A stretch of 64,000 nucleotides of DNA, from contig CAVVMW010000004.1 of assembly GCA_963749495.1 (NCBI GenBank), forward strand, positions 640,001 to 704,000, written 5' to 3'. Within the stretch, counting starts at the first letter, position 1. Each line of letters starts with the position of its first letter. The position numbers were made by a program, and so were the translations under genes. The notes under the pieces were generated by a model. That model was not told the origin of the DNA, did not search any database, and was given only the letters and a program-made list of their open reading frames with translations. The stretch comes from an uncultured bacterium (lineage in GTDB: Bacteria > Verrucomicrobiota > Verrucomicrobiia > Limisphaerales > UBA8199). This document shows, piece after piece, positions 44,061-56,000 of the stretch.

Positions 44061-47000
44061 TTACTGGGTTTTCTCCTTCGCTTCCGCCGCCGCGATCTCC
44101 TCCCAGGACGGCGCGCGCCAGAGTCGGGCTTCGTGGACGGTCCCCGAGATGAGGGTGTTTCCATCCGGTGGCAGAAAGGCGAGGCTGAGTATTTGATCGC
44201 CTAGATTGTGCTGGCTGGGCTCCACCCAGTCGTTAACGCCTTTGAGGGTCGCTACTTGCTGACCGGTCCTTGGGCTCCAGAGCTTGATGAGCCGGTCCGC
44301 GGTGCCTGCGGCTATCCGCTGGCCATCAGGGGAGACGGCGACGGAAAAGAACGCATTGAGCGTCCGGCCGAATGGCTGAACTTTTTGCGGGGTTTTTTGC
44401 TGCGTTTCGAGTTCCCATAGGGTTGCCGTGCAGTCGTCGCTGACGGTGACCAGCCTCTTGCCGTCGGGCATGAAAGCCGCCCCGGTGACCCGGCCATTGT
44501 GGGCTTTCCAATTGGCCACAGGGTCCTTTCTGCGAAGGTGCCAAACTTCAACAGTGCCGTCGTCGTTGCCGACTGCAACCGCCTCGTCGTTGGTCGCGAA
44601 AGTGGGATTGCCATACGGTGTCGCCGCTGATTTCGTTAAAGTCGTTGGCTCCCCAAACTTCTCGAGATTCCAGAGCTTGAGGCCCCTTCCGGCCGCAACA
44701 GCCGCCAGGAGCTTTCCGTCGGGTGAGAATTCCACGAAAGACCGGCCTGGCCACCCGGCCAAGCGGGTAATTTCACGTTCTCGCTCAACGTCCCACAAAT
44801 AGACGGCTCCTTGACGCGTGGCGAACGCCGCACGTTCACCTCTGGGCGAAAGTGCCCAATTGGCAACGTTAGTCCAGGAACCGAACCCAGGCGCCGGATG
44901 GTCCGGCAATTTGCGCAGCGTCAGCGGGTCCCAGAAGCTGAACGTGTTGTTCTGGTGCCGGCAGAACGGAATCGCACCGGAAGAAGACAGCCAAAAATCC
45001 CAGGCATCATCGGGGCGCCTGAGCACGTGGGTTTTTGCTGCGCGCGGTCGGCCGTCCCATGCGAGAATCTTACCGCCTTTGGTCCCACTGAACAAAATCT
45101 TCCCGTCGCTTGAGAAAGCGATTCCCCAAACCTCATCCTGACTGCCTTTGAGCGTGCTGACCTCCCGCCAGTTGCCGGTTTCCCAGAACTTGATCGAGCA
45201 ATCCGCGCTGGCCGAAGCCAGGGTCTTTCCGTCCGGCGAGAAGGCCAGGCCGGAGACCCAGAACGTGTGATTGGTCAGAACCGCTACGTGACGGTTCTCG
45301 GCGAGGTCCCAAATCCGGACGGTCGTATCCCAACTCCCCGATGCCAGTGTTTTGCCGTCCCGTGAAAGAGCGAGACACTGCACCGAGAGGGTGTGATTGG
45401 TGAACTCCGCGATTTGGAGTCCATTCGTAAGGGACCACACCCGAATCGTACGAATCCCTGCTCCCGGCGACCATGGTCCGTCCGTCCGTCGAGAAGACGA
45501 GCGAGGTGACATCCCCGGAATGCCCTTTGAGTGTCATCGCTTCCGTGTGAGTGGCGAGGTCCCACAGAACGACCGGGCCGCCCTCCGTGCCAATCGCCAG
45601 TTGCCGGCCGCTCGGGGAAAAGCCCAAGGCCGGGATACCGCGTGCGAATGGGGCGCTGGCCGGTCCAGGAAAGTTTGTGATCTCACGGTGTTCCTGAACA
45701 TCCCAGAGCTTGACCCCGTTTTTGCCGGTCCCAAAAGCAAGCATCTTGCCATCGGGCGAAAAGGCCACTGATTCGCGGGCGTCGTTTGCTTCGGGAGTCT
45801 CGAGCAGCCGGCGCGAATCCAGGTCCCAGATGTTTAGGTCCCCTTTCGGGTTGGCGATAGTGGCGAGAAGCTTGTCATCAGGGGAAATCGCAACACCCCA
45901 GACGCCGAGGGCGCCGTCTGAGTGCTGCCCCAAGGTGTAAAGCGCGTCACTCTGGCAAAGACCCCATAGGTAGCGCCATTCCCAGCCGCGCAAATCCACC
46001 TCCTGCGGACCGGGGCGGTGCTTGTTCAGTAGTTCCAGCGCCAAGCCCAGGTTGTTCTCCTGCTGAGCCTGGCAGGCCAGGTTCATGTCCGCCGCGTAGA
46101 GGTTTTGGCGGGCCTCCTCGGCGGCCTTGCGTGCAGCCAGTTCGCTCGCTTTGGCCTTTTGTGCTTCTTTCTCCGCCCGCTCCTTCTCGCTACCGGCCAC
46201 ACGCGCCGCCTCATTTGCCCGCAGGCGCTCCGCTTGAGCGATGCTTGTCTTCTCCCGTGCCGTCTTTTCCGCTCTGGTGGCGCGGACGGCCTGCCATGCG
46301 CTGACCACCACGCCCAGCACCAGCGCCAACCCAACCACCCCCGCCGCGCTGAATGCCAGCTTGTTCCTCCGAAAACTCTTCTGCAGCCGATAGCGCACGC
46401 TGGGTGGCCGCGCTATCACCGGCTCGTGCTTCAAGTGCCGCTCGATGTCCTGCGCCACGCCGTTGGCCGTCTCGTAGCGCCGCGTCCGGTCCTTCTCCAG
46501 GCACTTCATCACGATCCAATCAAGGTCACTGTCGAGTGCGGAGTGCGGAGTGCGGAGTGCGGAATCACCTGAACCTGGAGGCTGTGCGGCCCGCGTTTGG
46601 CTAAGCCGTGTGCTCGGCCGCATCGGCTCCCGTTCCCGGATGATCTTCCGCATCTCGTCCAGTCCCGACTGCAACAGCTCTTTCGTGTCGAAGGGCGTGC
46701 TCCCGGTCAGCAACTCGTAGAGCAACACACCCAGGCTGTAGATGTCGCTGCGCGTGTCGATGTCCAGCCCGCTCATCTCCGCCTGCTCCGGACTCATGTA
46801 GGCCGGCGTCCCGATGAACTGCTGGAACTGCGTATAGACCGTCTTCTCCGTCAGCTCCTGTTGCGTCGCCTTGGCAATCCCAAAGTCAATCACCTTGGGC
46901 ACGGGCACCCCATCGTGCAGCGTCACCAGGATGTTCGAGGGCTTGATGTCCCGATGGATGATCCCCTTCTGGTGCGCGTGCTGAATCGCGTGGCAGACCT

Positions 47001-47565
47001 TGATGAACAAATCCAGCCGCTCCCGTGTGGCCAGCTTCTCCTGGTCGCAGTATTTGGTAATCGGAATCCCTTTCACCAACTCCATCACAAAGTACGGCCG
47101 GCCCGTATCCGTCGCCCCCGCATCCAGCACCTTGGCGATGTTGGGGTGGTCCATGAGTGCCAGCGCCTGCCGTTCCGCCTCGAACCGGGCCACCACCTGC
47201 CGGGTGTCCATGCCCAGCTTGATGATCTTGAGGGCCACGCGCCGCTTGACCGGCTCCCTTTGTTCGGCCACATAGAGCACCCCAAACCCGCCTTCCCCGA
47301 TCTTTTCGAGGATCTTGTAGCGCCCGATCACGATGCCCGGACCTTCCTGGGGCGGGGCCAGCACCGTCGCGTCGCCGGGAGGCGCCCCCTGCGGTTCGAG
47401 GAACGGATCGGCACTCTCATTGGCTTGGAGGATCGCTTCGAGCCTGGCGCGTAGCGCCTGATTCCCCGCGCACGCCCCGTCGAGGAAGGCCTCGCGTTCG
47501 GGGCCCTTGGGCCGTTGCAGGGCCTCTCGGAAGAGGACCTCTTCTCTATTATCAACAGGTTTCAT
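44061..47565 (-). CDS. Ser/Thr kinase-TM-WD40 receptor 1 (frameshift ~45452)
   Basis: GEGGFG, VALK, HRDIKPSN, DFG and GTPAYMSPEQ motifs; TM helix; WD40 repeats. Confidence 0.88.
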
Positions 47566-47603
47566 CGGCGAAGCAGTTGCCCCCCGGCCGCGGCTCCAGC
47601 GGC

Positions 47604-48710
47604 TCAACGCACTTGGGCACGGTAAAACTGGGCGCCCTGGGTTGGGGAGGAATTGACAAAGTAATTCGACCCGCCATTGAGGATATAGATGCCGCCGACC
47701 GCCTGCCACTGGGAAAAATTACCCGAAGACTCGATGTTCACCGCCAGGCCGGGGAGACCGGTGATCCCAAAACCGAATTGGCCGGCGCTCAGGCTCGGCG
47801 GCTGTAAGATCGGCGCCGGCACGGAGCTGGCGGGAAGTCCTTTCCGGATGGTATAGTTGAAGGTATCCGCCAGATACAGTTTGCCCGAGCCGTCCACTGC
47901 CACACCGTCAGGATTATTAAACCGCGCCGCGCTTCCCGTCCCGTCGGCGCTGTCGGCACTGCCTGCCAGTCCGGCCAGGGTTGTCACCACCCAGTTTGTC
48001 CCAAGCGGCGTCACCTTCCGGACGGTGTGGTTGGCATTGTCCGTTACATAGAGGCTGCCCGCGCTGTCGATCGCCGTGCCCCACGGATTAGTAAGGCGCG
48101 CAGCGCTGTTGGTGCCATCCGCACTGCCAGGATGGCCCGCCAGTCCGGCCAAGGTCGTCACCACCCAATTCGTTCCGACCGGCGTCACCTTGCGGATGGT
48201 GCCGTTGTAATTGTCCGCCACATAGACGTTGCCATTGGTGTCCACGGCCAAGCCGCAAGGAGCATAAAACCGCGCCGCGCTGTTCGTCCCGTCCGTGCTG
48301 CCAGGATGCAAAGGATTGCCGCTCGCATCAGCTCCACCCAGTCCGGCCAACGTCGTCACCACCCAATTCGTTCCGAAGGGCGTTACTTTCCGGATCGTGT
48401 TGTCGCCCCAGTCCGCCACATAGAGGGTGCCCAGGCTGTCCAGCGCCATGCCGTCAGGTTGGTTAAACCGCGCAGTGCTCCCCGCCCCATCTGTGCTCCC
48501 AACGGTGCCTACCCGCCCGGCCAGGGTGATGAAGGTGTACGGTGTGGCGTAATTGGCCTGGCCAAGCGCGGCCAGAGGCAGGACCGCCAGCCACAGCAGG
48601 ACGCCGGACAGGTCTCCGGCCGACCGCCGGAAAAGACTATCGGGTTTCATCATGTACCCCGTGCCGAACCAGCGTCCGGCGTAGCGCCGAGGAGGAGTAT
48701 CATTTTTCAT
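47604..48710 (-). CDS. Secreted NHL-repeat protein
   Basis: Four repeats of G..DG....ARF..P.G.AVD..G..YVAD..N.TIRK; ends FYRA. Confidence 0.88.
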   Translation of the reverse strand: MKNDTPPRRYAGRWFGTGYMMKPDSLFRRSAGDLSGVLLWLAVLPLAALGQANYATPYTFITLAGRVGTVGSTDGAGSTARFNQPDGMALDSLGTLYVADWGDNTIRKVTPFGTNWVVTTLAGLGGADASGNPLHPGSTDGTNSAARFYAPCGLAVDTNGNVYVADNYNGTIRKVTPVGTNWVVTTLAGLAGHPGSADGTNSAARLTNPWGTAIDSAGSLYVTDNANHTVRKVTPLGTNWVVTTLAGLAGSADSADGTGSAARFNNPDGVAVDGSGKLYLADTFNYTIRKGLPASSVPAPILQPPSLSAGQFGFGITGLPGLAVNIESSGNFSQWQAVGGIYILNGGSNYFVNSSPTQGAQFYRAQVR

Positions 48711-48759
48711 AGTTTGTGTTTGGTTCGTTCTTTCTTTCGGTCGTTGACGGCATAATTGG

Positions 48760-51700
48760 TTAGTCCTTGCCTTCCGGATCCAGCGTGACTCGGATCCCCT
48801 TGAGCGGTTGGCCCGAGGGATCGGTGAATCGAATCGAACCTTTCCAATAAAGTTGAAAGTTCACCACCTTGAACACCAGCACGTTGGGTCCGGCCTTTAG
48901 CTCGAGGCCTCGCACCTCATCCTGGTCCGGCAGCCAGACCCGATTGCTTCGCCACTGGTAAATATCCTTCCTATTCAGATAGACCTTGGCCGCGTCATCA
49001 CTGCCGACTTTCATTACCAGACCTGCCTGGGCCGTGTCACTCTGGATGTAACAGACAGCGTAAGCCACGCTCCAATCCGTCTGTTCTCCCAACAGAGCGT
49101 TGAAATCGATCAAGTAATCCTCCAGTTGAATCGGCCTCCAAACCCGGTCGCCCCCACCCACCTTGACTCGTTCACCAGCCCGCGGGCGGAGATTGGCTTC
49201 CTGGGGAATCTGTTCCTGGCCCGGCGGCACATAGCCCATCGGATGCTCAAAGGCTATCGGCGCCAGCACCAGCCACTGCTTGATCGCCCCTGGGTCCCGA
49301 GCGCGCAGGTCCCGTTCGTGGGCGGCCGATCGAGCCTGTTCGCTCTGCCGCACGGCCAGTTGCTCGGTATCAGCCTTTTCCTCGCTCTGCCAGGCGGCAA
49401 CCTGCTGCGGTGTGGCCGCCTCCCATATTCTGGCTATGCCATCCTGGGACCCCGTGACAATCCGGCGTCCGTCCCGAGAGCAGGCGACAGACCAGATCCC
49501 AGCCGCCGACCCTTTCAGCGTGAGCAGTTCCCTGCCGCTGGCTGCCTCCCAAACCTTGGTGGCGCCATCCTGGCTCCCGGTCATAATCCGCTCACCGTCC
49601 GGGGAGAAGGCTACAGCCCAGATGCCGGCGCTGTGGCCCCCGAGGGTGAGCAGATTCGTGCCGCTGGCGGCGTCCCAGACCATGGCGGTCTGATCTTCGC
49701 TGCCGGTGACAATCCGGCGGCCGTCCGGAGAAAAAACCACAGCGTTGACCTGATTGCTGTGCCCGTTGAGGGTGAGCAATGCCTTGCCGCCAGCCGCCGG
49801 CCACACTTTGGCCGTTCGATCCAAACTCCCGGTGACAATGCGCTGGCCGTCCGGCGAAAAGGCCACAGACCGTATCCCCGCGGCGTGCCCTGTGAGGGTG
49901 AGCGGTTCCTTGTGCGTGGCTGGCTCCCAGACCTTGGCCGTCCGGTCCGCACTGCCGGTCACAATCCGCTGGCCATCCGGGGAAAAGGCCACAGACCAGA
50001 TCTCAGCGCTGTGCCCTCTGAGTGCGAGCAGTTCCTGGCCGCCGACCGCCTCCCAAACCTTGGCCAACTGGTCGGCACTGCCGGTGGCAATCCGTTGGCC
50101 GTCCGGCGAGAAGGCCGCTGAAAAGACTCGATCGCTGTGGCCTGTGAGTGTGAGAAGTCCCTGGCCGCCGGCCGCCTCCCAAACCTTGACCAACTGGTCT
50201 GCGCTGGCAGTCACAATCTGCCGGCCATTCGGCGAAAAGGCCACCGACCTGATTCCCTGACTGTGCCCTTTGAGCGTGAGCGGTTCTCTGTGGCCGGCTG
50301 CATCCCACACTTTGGCCGTCTGATCCCAACCGCCCGTGACAATCCGCCGGCCATCCGGCGAAAGGGCCACAGAAAGGAGCGAACCGCTGTGCCCCTTGAG
50401 CGTGAGCAACTCGCTCCCGTTGGCCGCATCCCACACCTTGACCGTCCGGTCCGAACCTGCGGTGACAATCCGCCGTCCGTCCAGGGAAAACCACGCAGCA
50501 TCGTGATCGCTATGCCCTTCGAGGGTGAGCAGTTCCCTGCCGCTGGCCGCCTCCCACACCTTGAGATGATTCCCATCGGCGGTCACAATCCGTTGGCCAT
50601 CCGCGCAAACGCCCACAAGGTGAATCCCGGCACTGAGCGCTTTCGAGGTGAACAGTTCCCGGCCGCTGGCCGCGTCCCACACCTTGACCGTCTCATCAAT
50701 ACTGCCGGCGACAATCCGCTGACCGTCCGGGGAAAAGGCCACAGACCAGATCCAAGCGGTGTGCCCTGTGAGGGGGAAAAGTTCCTTGCGGTTGGACGCA
50801 TCCCACACCTTGGCCGTCCCATCAGTACTGCCGGTGACAATCCGCTGACTGTCCGGGGAAAAGGCCACTTGGTTAACCCATGGGTCGAATCCCCTGAGCG
50901 CGAGCGATTGCTCGCCGCTGGCTGCGTCCCACACTCTGACTGTCCCATCGTTGCTGCTCGTGACAATCCGCCGGCCATCCGGAGAAAAGGCCACACACCG
51001 CACCTCAGCGCCGTGCCCTTTGAGGGTGAGCACCTCGGTGCCGCTGGCTGTCTCCCACACCTTGGCCGTGCCATCAAAACTGCCGGTGACAACCCGCTGA
51101 CCATCCGGGGAAAAGGCCCCACACACCACCAGATCGACATGCCCACGGAGGGTCTTGAGTTCCTGGTGGGTCTGCCGCTGCCAGTAATACCACTCGAACC
51201 CGCGCTCCGGATATGTCGCGGTTTCCTCCAACAGCCGCCGGGCTTGCCGGAGATTGTTCTGTTCCCACGCCTGCTGCACCAAATTCATGTTGGCCGCGTA
51301 AAGGTTTTGGCGGGCCGCTAGTTCACTCGCTTTCGCCTTTTGCGCCTCTTTCTCAGCCCGCTCCCTCTCGCTGTCCGCCACCCGCGCAGATCTATCCGCC
51401 CGTCGTCCAGCCCGCGTAGCCCGAATCGCCTGCCAGGAACTGACCACCACCCCCAGCACCAATGCCAACGCGACCACCCCGGCCGCGCTGAATGCCAGCT
51501 TGTTCCTCCGAAAACTCTTTTGCAGCCGATAGCCCATGCTCGGGGGCCGGGCCAGCACCGGCTCGTGCTTCAAGTGCCGCTCGATGTCCTGCGCCACGCC
51601 GTTGGCCGTCTCGTAGCGCCGCGTCCGGTCCTTCTCCAGGCACTTCATCACGATCCAGTCCAGGTCACTGTCAAGTGCGGAGTGCGGAGTGCGGCCCGCT

Positions 51701-52812
51701 GCGACGGCGCGACAGCGCGGCGAGAGTGCGGAATCACCTGAACCTGGAGGCTGTGCGGCCCGCGTTTGGCTAAGCCGTGTGCTCGGCCGCATCGGCTCCC
51801 GTTCCCGGATGATCTTCCGCATCTCGTCCAGTCCCGACTGCAACAGCTCTTTCGTGTCGAAGGGCGTGCTCCCGGTCAGCAACTCGTAGAGCAACACACC
51901 CAGGCTGTAGATGTCGCTGCGCGTGTCGATGTCCAGCCCGCTCATCTCCGCCTGCTCCGGACTCATGTAGGCTGGCGTCCCGATGAACTGCTGGAACTGC
52001 GTATAGACCGTCTTCTCCGTCAGCTCCTGCTGCGTCGCCTTGGCAATCCCGAAGTCAATCACCTTGGGCACTGGCACTCCATCGTGCAGCGTCACCAGGA
52101 TGTTCGACGGCTTGATGTCCCGATGGATGATCCCCTTCTGATGCGCATGCTGAATCGCGTGGCAGACCTTGATGAACAAATCCAGCCGCTCCCGCGTGCC
52201 CAGCTTCTCCTGGTCGCAGTACTTGGTGATCGGAATCCCTTTCACCAGCTCCATCACAAAGAAAGGCCGGCCGGCGGGGAGGTACTGAGCACCCTCACCC
52301 CCAGCCCCTCTCCCATCGGATGGGAGAGGGTGGCCGGAGGCCGGGTGAGGGCTGTCTGTGGCCCCCGCGTCCAGCACCTTGGCGATGTTGGGATGATCCA
52401 TCAATGCCAGCGCCTGCCGCTCCGCCTCGAAGCGCGCCACCACCTGGCGGGTGTCCATGCCCAGCTTGATGATCTTGAGGGCCACGCGCCGCTTGACCGG
52501 CTCCCGTTGCTCCGCCACATACACGACCCCAAACCCGCCTTCCCCGATCTTTTCGAGGATCTTGTAGCGCCCGATCACGGTGCCCGGACCTTCCTCCGGC
52601 GGCAGAAGCACGGTCGCATCGCCCGGCGCCGCCGCCTGCGGTTCGAGGAACGGGTCGGGACTCTCATGGGCCTGAAGGAGGGCTTCGAGCCTGGCGCGCA
52701 GCGCCGGGTTTCCCGCGCAGGCCCCGTCGAGGAAGGCCTCGCGTTCTGAGCCCTTGGCCCGTTGCAGGGCCTCACGGAAGAGTACTTCTTCTCTATCATC
52801 AGCAGGTCTCAT
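48760..52812 (-). CDS. Ser/Thr kinase-TM-14xWD40 receptor 2 with C-terminal beta-sandwich domain
   Basis: Intact ORF; Hanks kinase motifs; 14 WD40 repeats of ~42 aa; C-terminal GSDD..KVYLN…LKAG.NVLVFKV. Confidence 0.92.
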   Translation of the reverse strand: MRPADDREEVLFREALQRAKGSEREAFLDGACAGNPALRARLEALLQAHESPDPFLEPQAAAPGDATVLLPPEEGPGTVIGRYKILEKIGEGGFGVVYVAEQREPVKRRVALKIIKLGMDTRQVVARFEAERQALALMDHPNIAKVLDAGATDSPHPASGHPLPSDGRGAGGEGAQYLPAGRPFFVMELVKGIPITKYCDQEKLGTRERLDLFIKVCHAIQHAHQKGIIHRDIKPSNILVTLHDGVPVPKVIDFGIAKATQQELTEKTVYTQFQQFIGTPAYMSPEQAEMSGLDIDTRSDIYSLGVLLYELLTGSTPFDTKELLQSGLDEMRKIIREREPMRPSTRLSQTRAAQPPGSGDSALSPRCRAVAAGRTPHSALDSDLDWIVMKCLEKDRTRRYETANGVAQDIERHLKHEPVLARPPSMGYRLQKSFRRNKLAFSAAGVVALALVLGVVVSSWQAIRATRAGRRADRSARVADSERERAEKEAQKAKASELAARQNLYAANMNLVQQAWEQNNLRQARRLLEETATYPERGFEWYYWQRQTHQELKTLRGHVDLVVCGAFSPDGQRVVTGSFDGTAKVWETASGTEVLTLKGHGAEVRCVAFSPDGRRIVTSSNDGTVRVWDAASGEQSLALRGFDPWVNQVAFSPDSQRIVTGSTDGTAKVWDASNRKELFPLTGHTAWIWSVAFSPDGQRIVAGSIDETVKVWDAASGRELFTSKALSAGIHLVGVCADGQRIVTADGNHLKVWEAASGRELLTLEGHSDHDAAWFSLDGRRIVTAGSDRTVKVWDAANGSELLTLKGHSGSLLSVALSPDGRRIVTGGWDQTAKVWDAAGHREPLTLKGHSQGIRSVAFSPNGRQIVTASADQLVKVWEAAGGQGLLTLTGHSDRVFSAAFSPDGQRIATGSADQLAKVWEAVGGQELLALRGHSAEIWSVAFSPDGQRIVTGSADRTAKVWEPATHKEPLTLTGHAAGIRSVAFSPDGQRIVTGSLDRTAKVWPAAGGKALLTLNGHSNQVNAVVFSPDGRRIVTGSEDQTAMVWDAASGTNLLTLGGHSAGIWAVAFSPDGERIMTGSQDGATKVWEAASGRELLTLKGSAAGIWSVACSRDGRRIVTGSQDGIARIWEAATPQQVAAWQSEEKADTEQLAVRQSEQARSAAHERDLRARDPGAIKQWLVLAPIAFEHPMGYVPPGQEQIPQEANLRPRAGERVKVGGGDRVWRPIQLEDYLIDFNALLGEQTDWSVAYAVCYIQSDTAQAGLVMKVGSDDAAKVYLNRKDIYQWRSNRVWLPDQDEVRGLELKAGPNVLVFKVVNFQLYWKGSIRFTDPSGQPLKGIRVTLDPEGKD

Positions 52813-52920
52813 AGGCGAAGGATGTAATTCACTCAATCATACATGCGCCTTTTACTGTGCCGTGCATAAGTAGCCATGCACGACGCCATAATTTGCTGCC
52901 CCTCCGATGGACTCTGGTGA

Positions 52921-52986
52921 GGAACAGGAGGAAACGGAGGAAATGGAGAACGGGATGTCTCCGTTCTCTCTGTTTCCTCCTGTTCG
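52921..52986. repeat. Inverted pair of 9-bp arrays
   Basis: gaacaggaggaaacggaggaaatggagaacgg…ccgttctctctgtttcctcctgttc. Confidence 0.75.
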
Positions 52987-53003
52987 AGTTCAGGCGCAAA
53001 CAT

Positions 53004-56000
53004 TTAGTCCTTGCCTTCCGGATCCAGCGTGACTCGGATCCCTTTGAGCGGCTGGCCCGCAGGGTCGGTGAGCCGCACCGAGCCCAGCCACGCGGCCAGT
53101 TCGTTCACCACCTTGAAAACCAAGACATTAGTCCCGGCCTTCAAGTCCACGCCTGCCGCCACATCCTGATCATCATAATAGACCCGCGGAAATGAGCACT
53201 CGTAAATGAGCCTGCCGTTGAGATAAACTTTGGATTGGTCGTTACTGCCGACCTTCAACACGACGTTGCTCTGCGCGGTTTCGCTCTGGACGTACGTGAC
53301 CGCGTAGGCCACGCTCCACGGCGTCACCGCGCCCGCAAGTCTGTTAAAATCGATCACGTAATCCTGCAGTTGCACCGTGCGCCACAACATCTCAGCCTGC
53401 CGGACCTTGCTCCGCTGGCCGGTTCGCGGACTGAGTTGGCTCTCTTGTGGAACTTGCTCCTCTTGCAGGGCTCGGGCGCCGCTCCTGCCCTCGAAGGCGA
53501 TGGGCAGCAGGACCAGCCATCGCTTGATTGCACCGGGGTCTTGCCGGCGCTGGGCACGGGTACGCGCCGCGGCCGCCGCCCGCTCGCGCTCTTGCGCGGC
53601 CTGATACTCGGCGGCCGCTTGCTTCTTCATGCTCCCAGCTCGCGATCTGTGCCACGGAAGCTGCCCGCCACACCTTGGCCGTCCCGTCAGAGCTGCCCGT
53701 GACTATTCCCTGGCCGTCCGGAGAAAACGCCACAGACGTGACAGGCGCGCTGTGCCCTTTGAGCGTGAGCAATTCCTTGCCGCCGCCCGCCTCCCAGACC
53801 TTGGCGGAGTGGTCGCCACTGCCGGTGACGATCCGCTGGCCGCCGGGCGAGAAGGCCACTGACAGGACTCGTTCTTTGTGCCCTTCAAGAGCCAGCAATG
53901 CCCTACCAGTGGCCGCGTCCGACACCCTGGCCTTGCGATCCCAACCGCCGGTAACGACCCGCTGGCCGTCCGGGGAAACGGCCACCGAGCTGAACTCACC
54001 GCCGGAGCCCTCGCGCGTGGTCAACTCTTTGCCGCTGGCCGCGTCCCACACCTTGAGCATCCCATCGGGACAGAACGTCAGTATCCGTTGCCCGTCCGGA
54101 AAGAAGGCCACCGACCAGATCGAAGCGCTATGCCCTCCGAGCGTGAACAGTAATTTGCCAGCAACTGACCACACTCTGGCCGCACCATCCCAGCCGGCGG
54201 CAACCATACGCTGGCCGTCCGGAGAAAACGCCACAGAGTCGAGCTGAGTGCCAAGCGCCTCGAGGGTGAGCAGGTCCTTGCCGCTGGCCGCGTCCCACAG
54301 CCTGACCGTTTGATCATGGCCGGCCGTGGCAATCCGCTGGCCGTCCGGGGAAAAGGCCACCGATGCGACAGTATCGGTGTGCCCTTTGAGGGCGAATAGC
54401 TCCTGCCCGGTGACGGCCTCCCAGATCGTGGCCGTTTGATCAACACTTCCGGTGGCAATCCGCCGGCCGTCCGGGGAGAAGGCAACCGAGGTGATCGCAT
54501 TGCTGTGCCCTATGAGGTTCAGGGGTTCCCTGGCACCGGTCGCCTCCCACACCTTGGCCGTCCGATCAACACTGCCGGTGACGATCCGGTGGCCGTCGGG
54601 GGAAAAGGCCACAGAAGTGACCGCATCGTTGTGGCCTTTGAGAGCGAGGAGTTCTCTGCCGCTGGCCACCTCCCAAACCCTGGCCGTTTGATCAAAGCTG
54701 CCGGTGACAATCCGCTGGCCGTCTGGGGAGAATGCGACGGAACCGACCTCCCAGATCTCGGCGCCGAGTCCGTTAAGGCTGGGCAACTCCTTGCCGCTGG
54801 CCGCCATCCACAGCCTGGTCGTGCCGTCAGCCCCGCAGGTGACTACCCGTTGGCCGTCCGGGGAAAAGGCGAGCACATTGATCTCGGCGCGATGCCCTCT
54901 GAGGCTGACCAGTTCCTGCCCATTCGCCGCGTCCCAGATCCTGGCCGTTTGATCGCCACTTCCGGTGGCGATCCGCCGGCCGTCCGGGGAAAAGGCCACA
55001 CACACGACCACGTTGCTATGCCCGTAGAGTGTGAGCAGTTGCCTGCCGGTGGCGGCCTCCCACACCCTGGCAGTCCTGTCGATGCTCGCTGTGGCGATGC
55101 GCTGGCTGTCCGGGGAAAAGGCGACAGACATGATCCAATCCGTGTGCCCCTTGAGCGTGAGAAGTTCGCTCCCGCTGGCCGCATCCCACACCTTGGCCGT
55201 CCGATCGAAACTGCCCGTGACGATCTTCCGGCCGTCCGGGGCAAAAGCTACCCACCAGACCGCGGCGCTGTGCCCTCTAAGGGTGTGAAGCTCCTTGCCG
55301 GTAGCGGCGTCCCACACCTTGACTGTTTGATCATGGCTGGCAGTTGCAACCCACCGGCCATTTGGGGAAAACGCCACTCGAACAACCGTTCCAAGGTGCC
55401 CGCGCAGCGTCTGCAACTCCAGGTGCATCTGCCGCTGCCAGTAGCACCACTCAAACCCACGCTCCGGATACCTCGCCGTGTCCTCCAACAACCGGCGCAC
55501 TTGCGCGACATTGTTTTGTTCCCACGCTTGCTGGATGAGATTCATGTTCGCCGCGTAAAGGTTCTGGCGTGCGGCCTGGGCGGACTCGGTCGCGCGTTGC
55601 CGCTCCGCTTCAGCAATATGAGTTTCCCGGCGCGCGGTCTTTTCGGCCTGGCGGGCAAGGCCGGCTTGGGCCTCGGCGCGCGTTTCCGCTCTCTTTGCGC
55701 GCACGGCCTGCCAGGTGCTGACGACGGTTCCCAGAACCAGCACTACCGCCACTGCCGTGACCGCGCCCACCATCACTTTGTGGCGTGCAACGAACTTCTG
55801 GACCCGGTAAGCCGTGGTAGGCGGTCGAGCCAGCGTCGGCTGCTGCGTCAAATGGCGCTCGATGTCCCGGGCCAGGTCATTGGCCGTCTCGTAACGCCGC
55901 GTCCGGTTCTTTTCGATGCACTTCATCACGATCCAGTCCAGGTCGCCCCGCAACGACCGGATCAGCTTAGGCGGTTCGGTGGCGCGCCGCTGGGCCGTGG

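Noticed and set aside
48748..48756. CGGCATAAT matching the RIT end motif
   Set aside because: A single 9-mer far from any recombinase gene, so probably chance.
48760..53560. Diversity-generating retroelement TR/VR pair between the shared C-termini of kinases 2 and 3
   Set aside because: The differences are not adenine-specific, both copies are coding, and no reverse transcriptase is present in the window.
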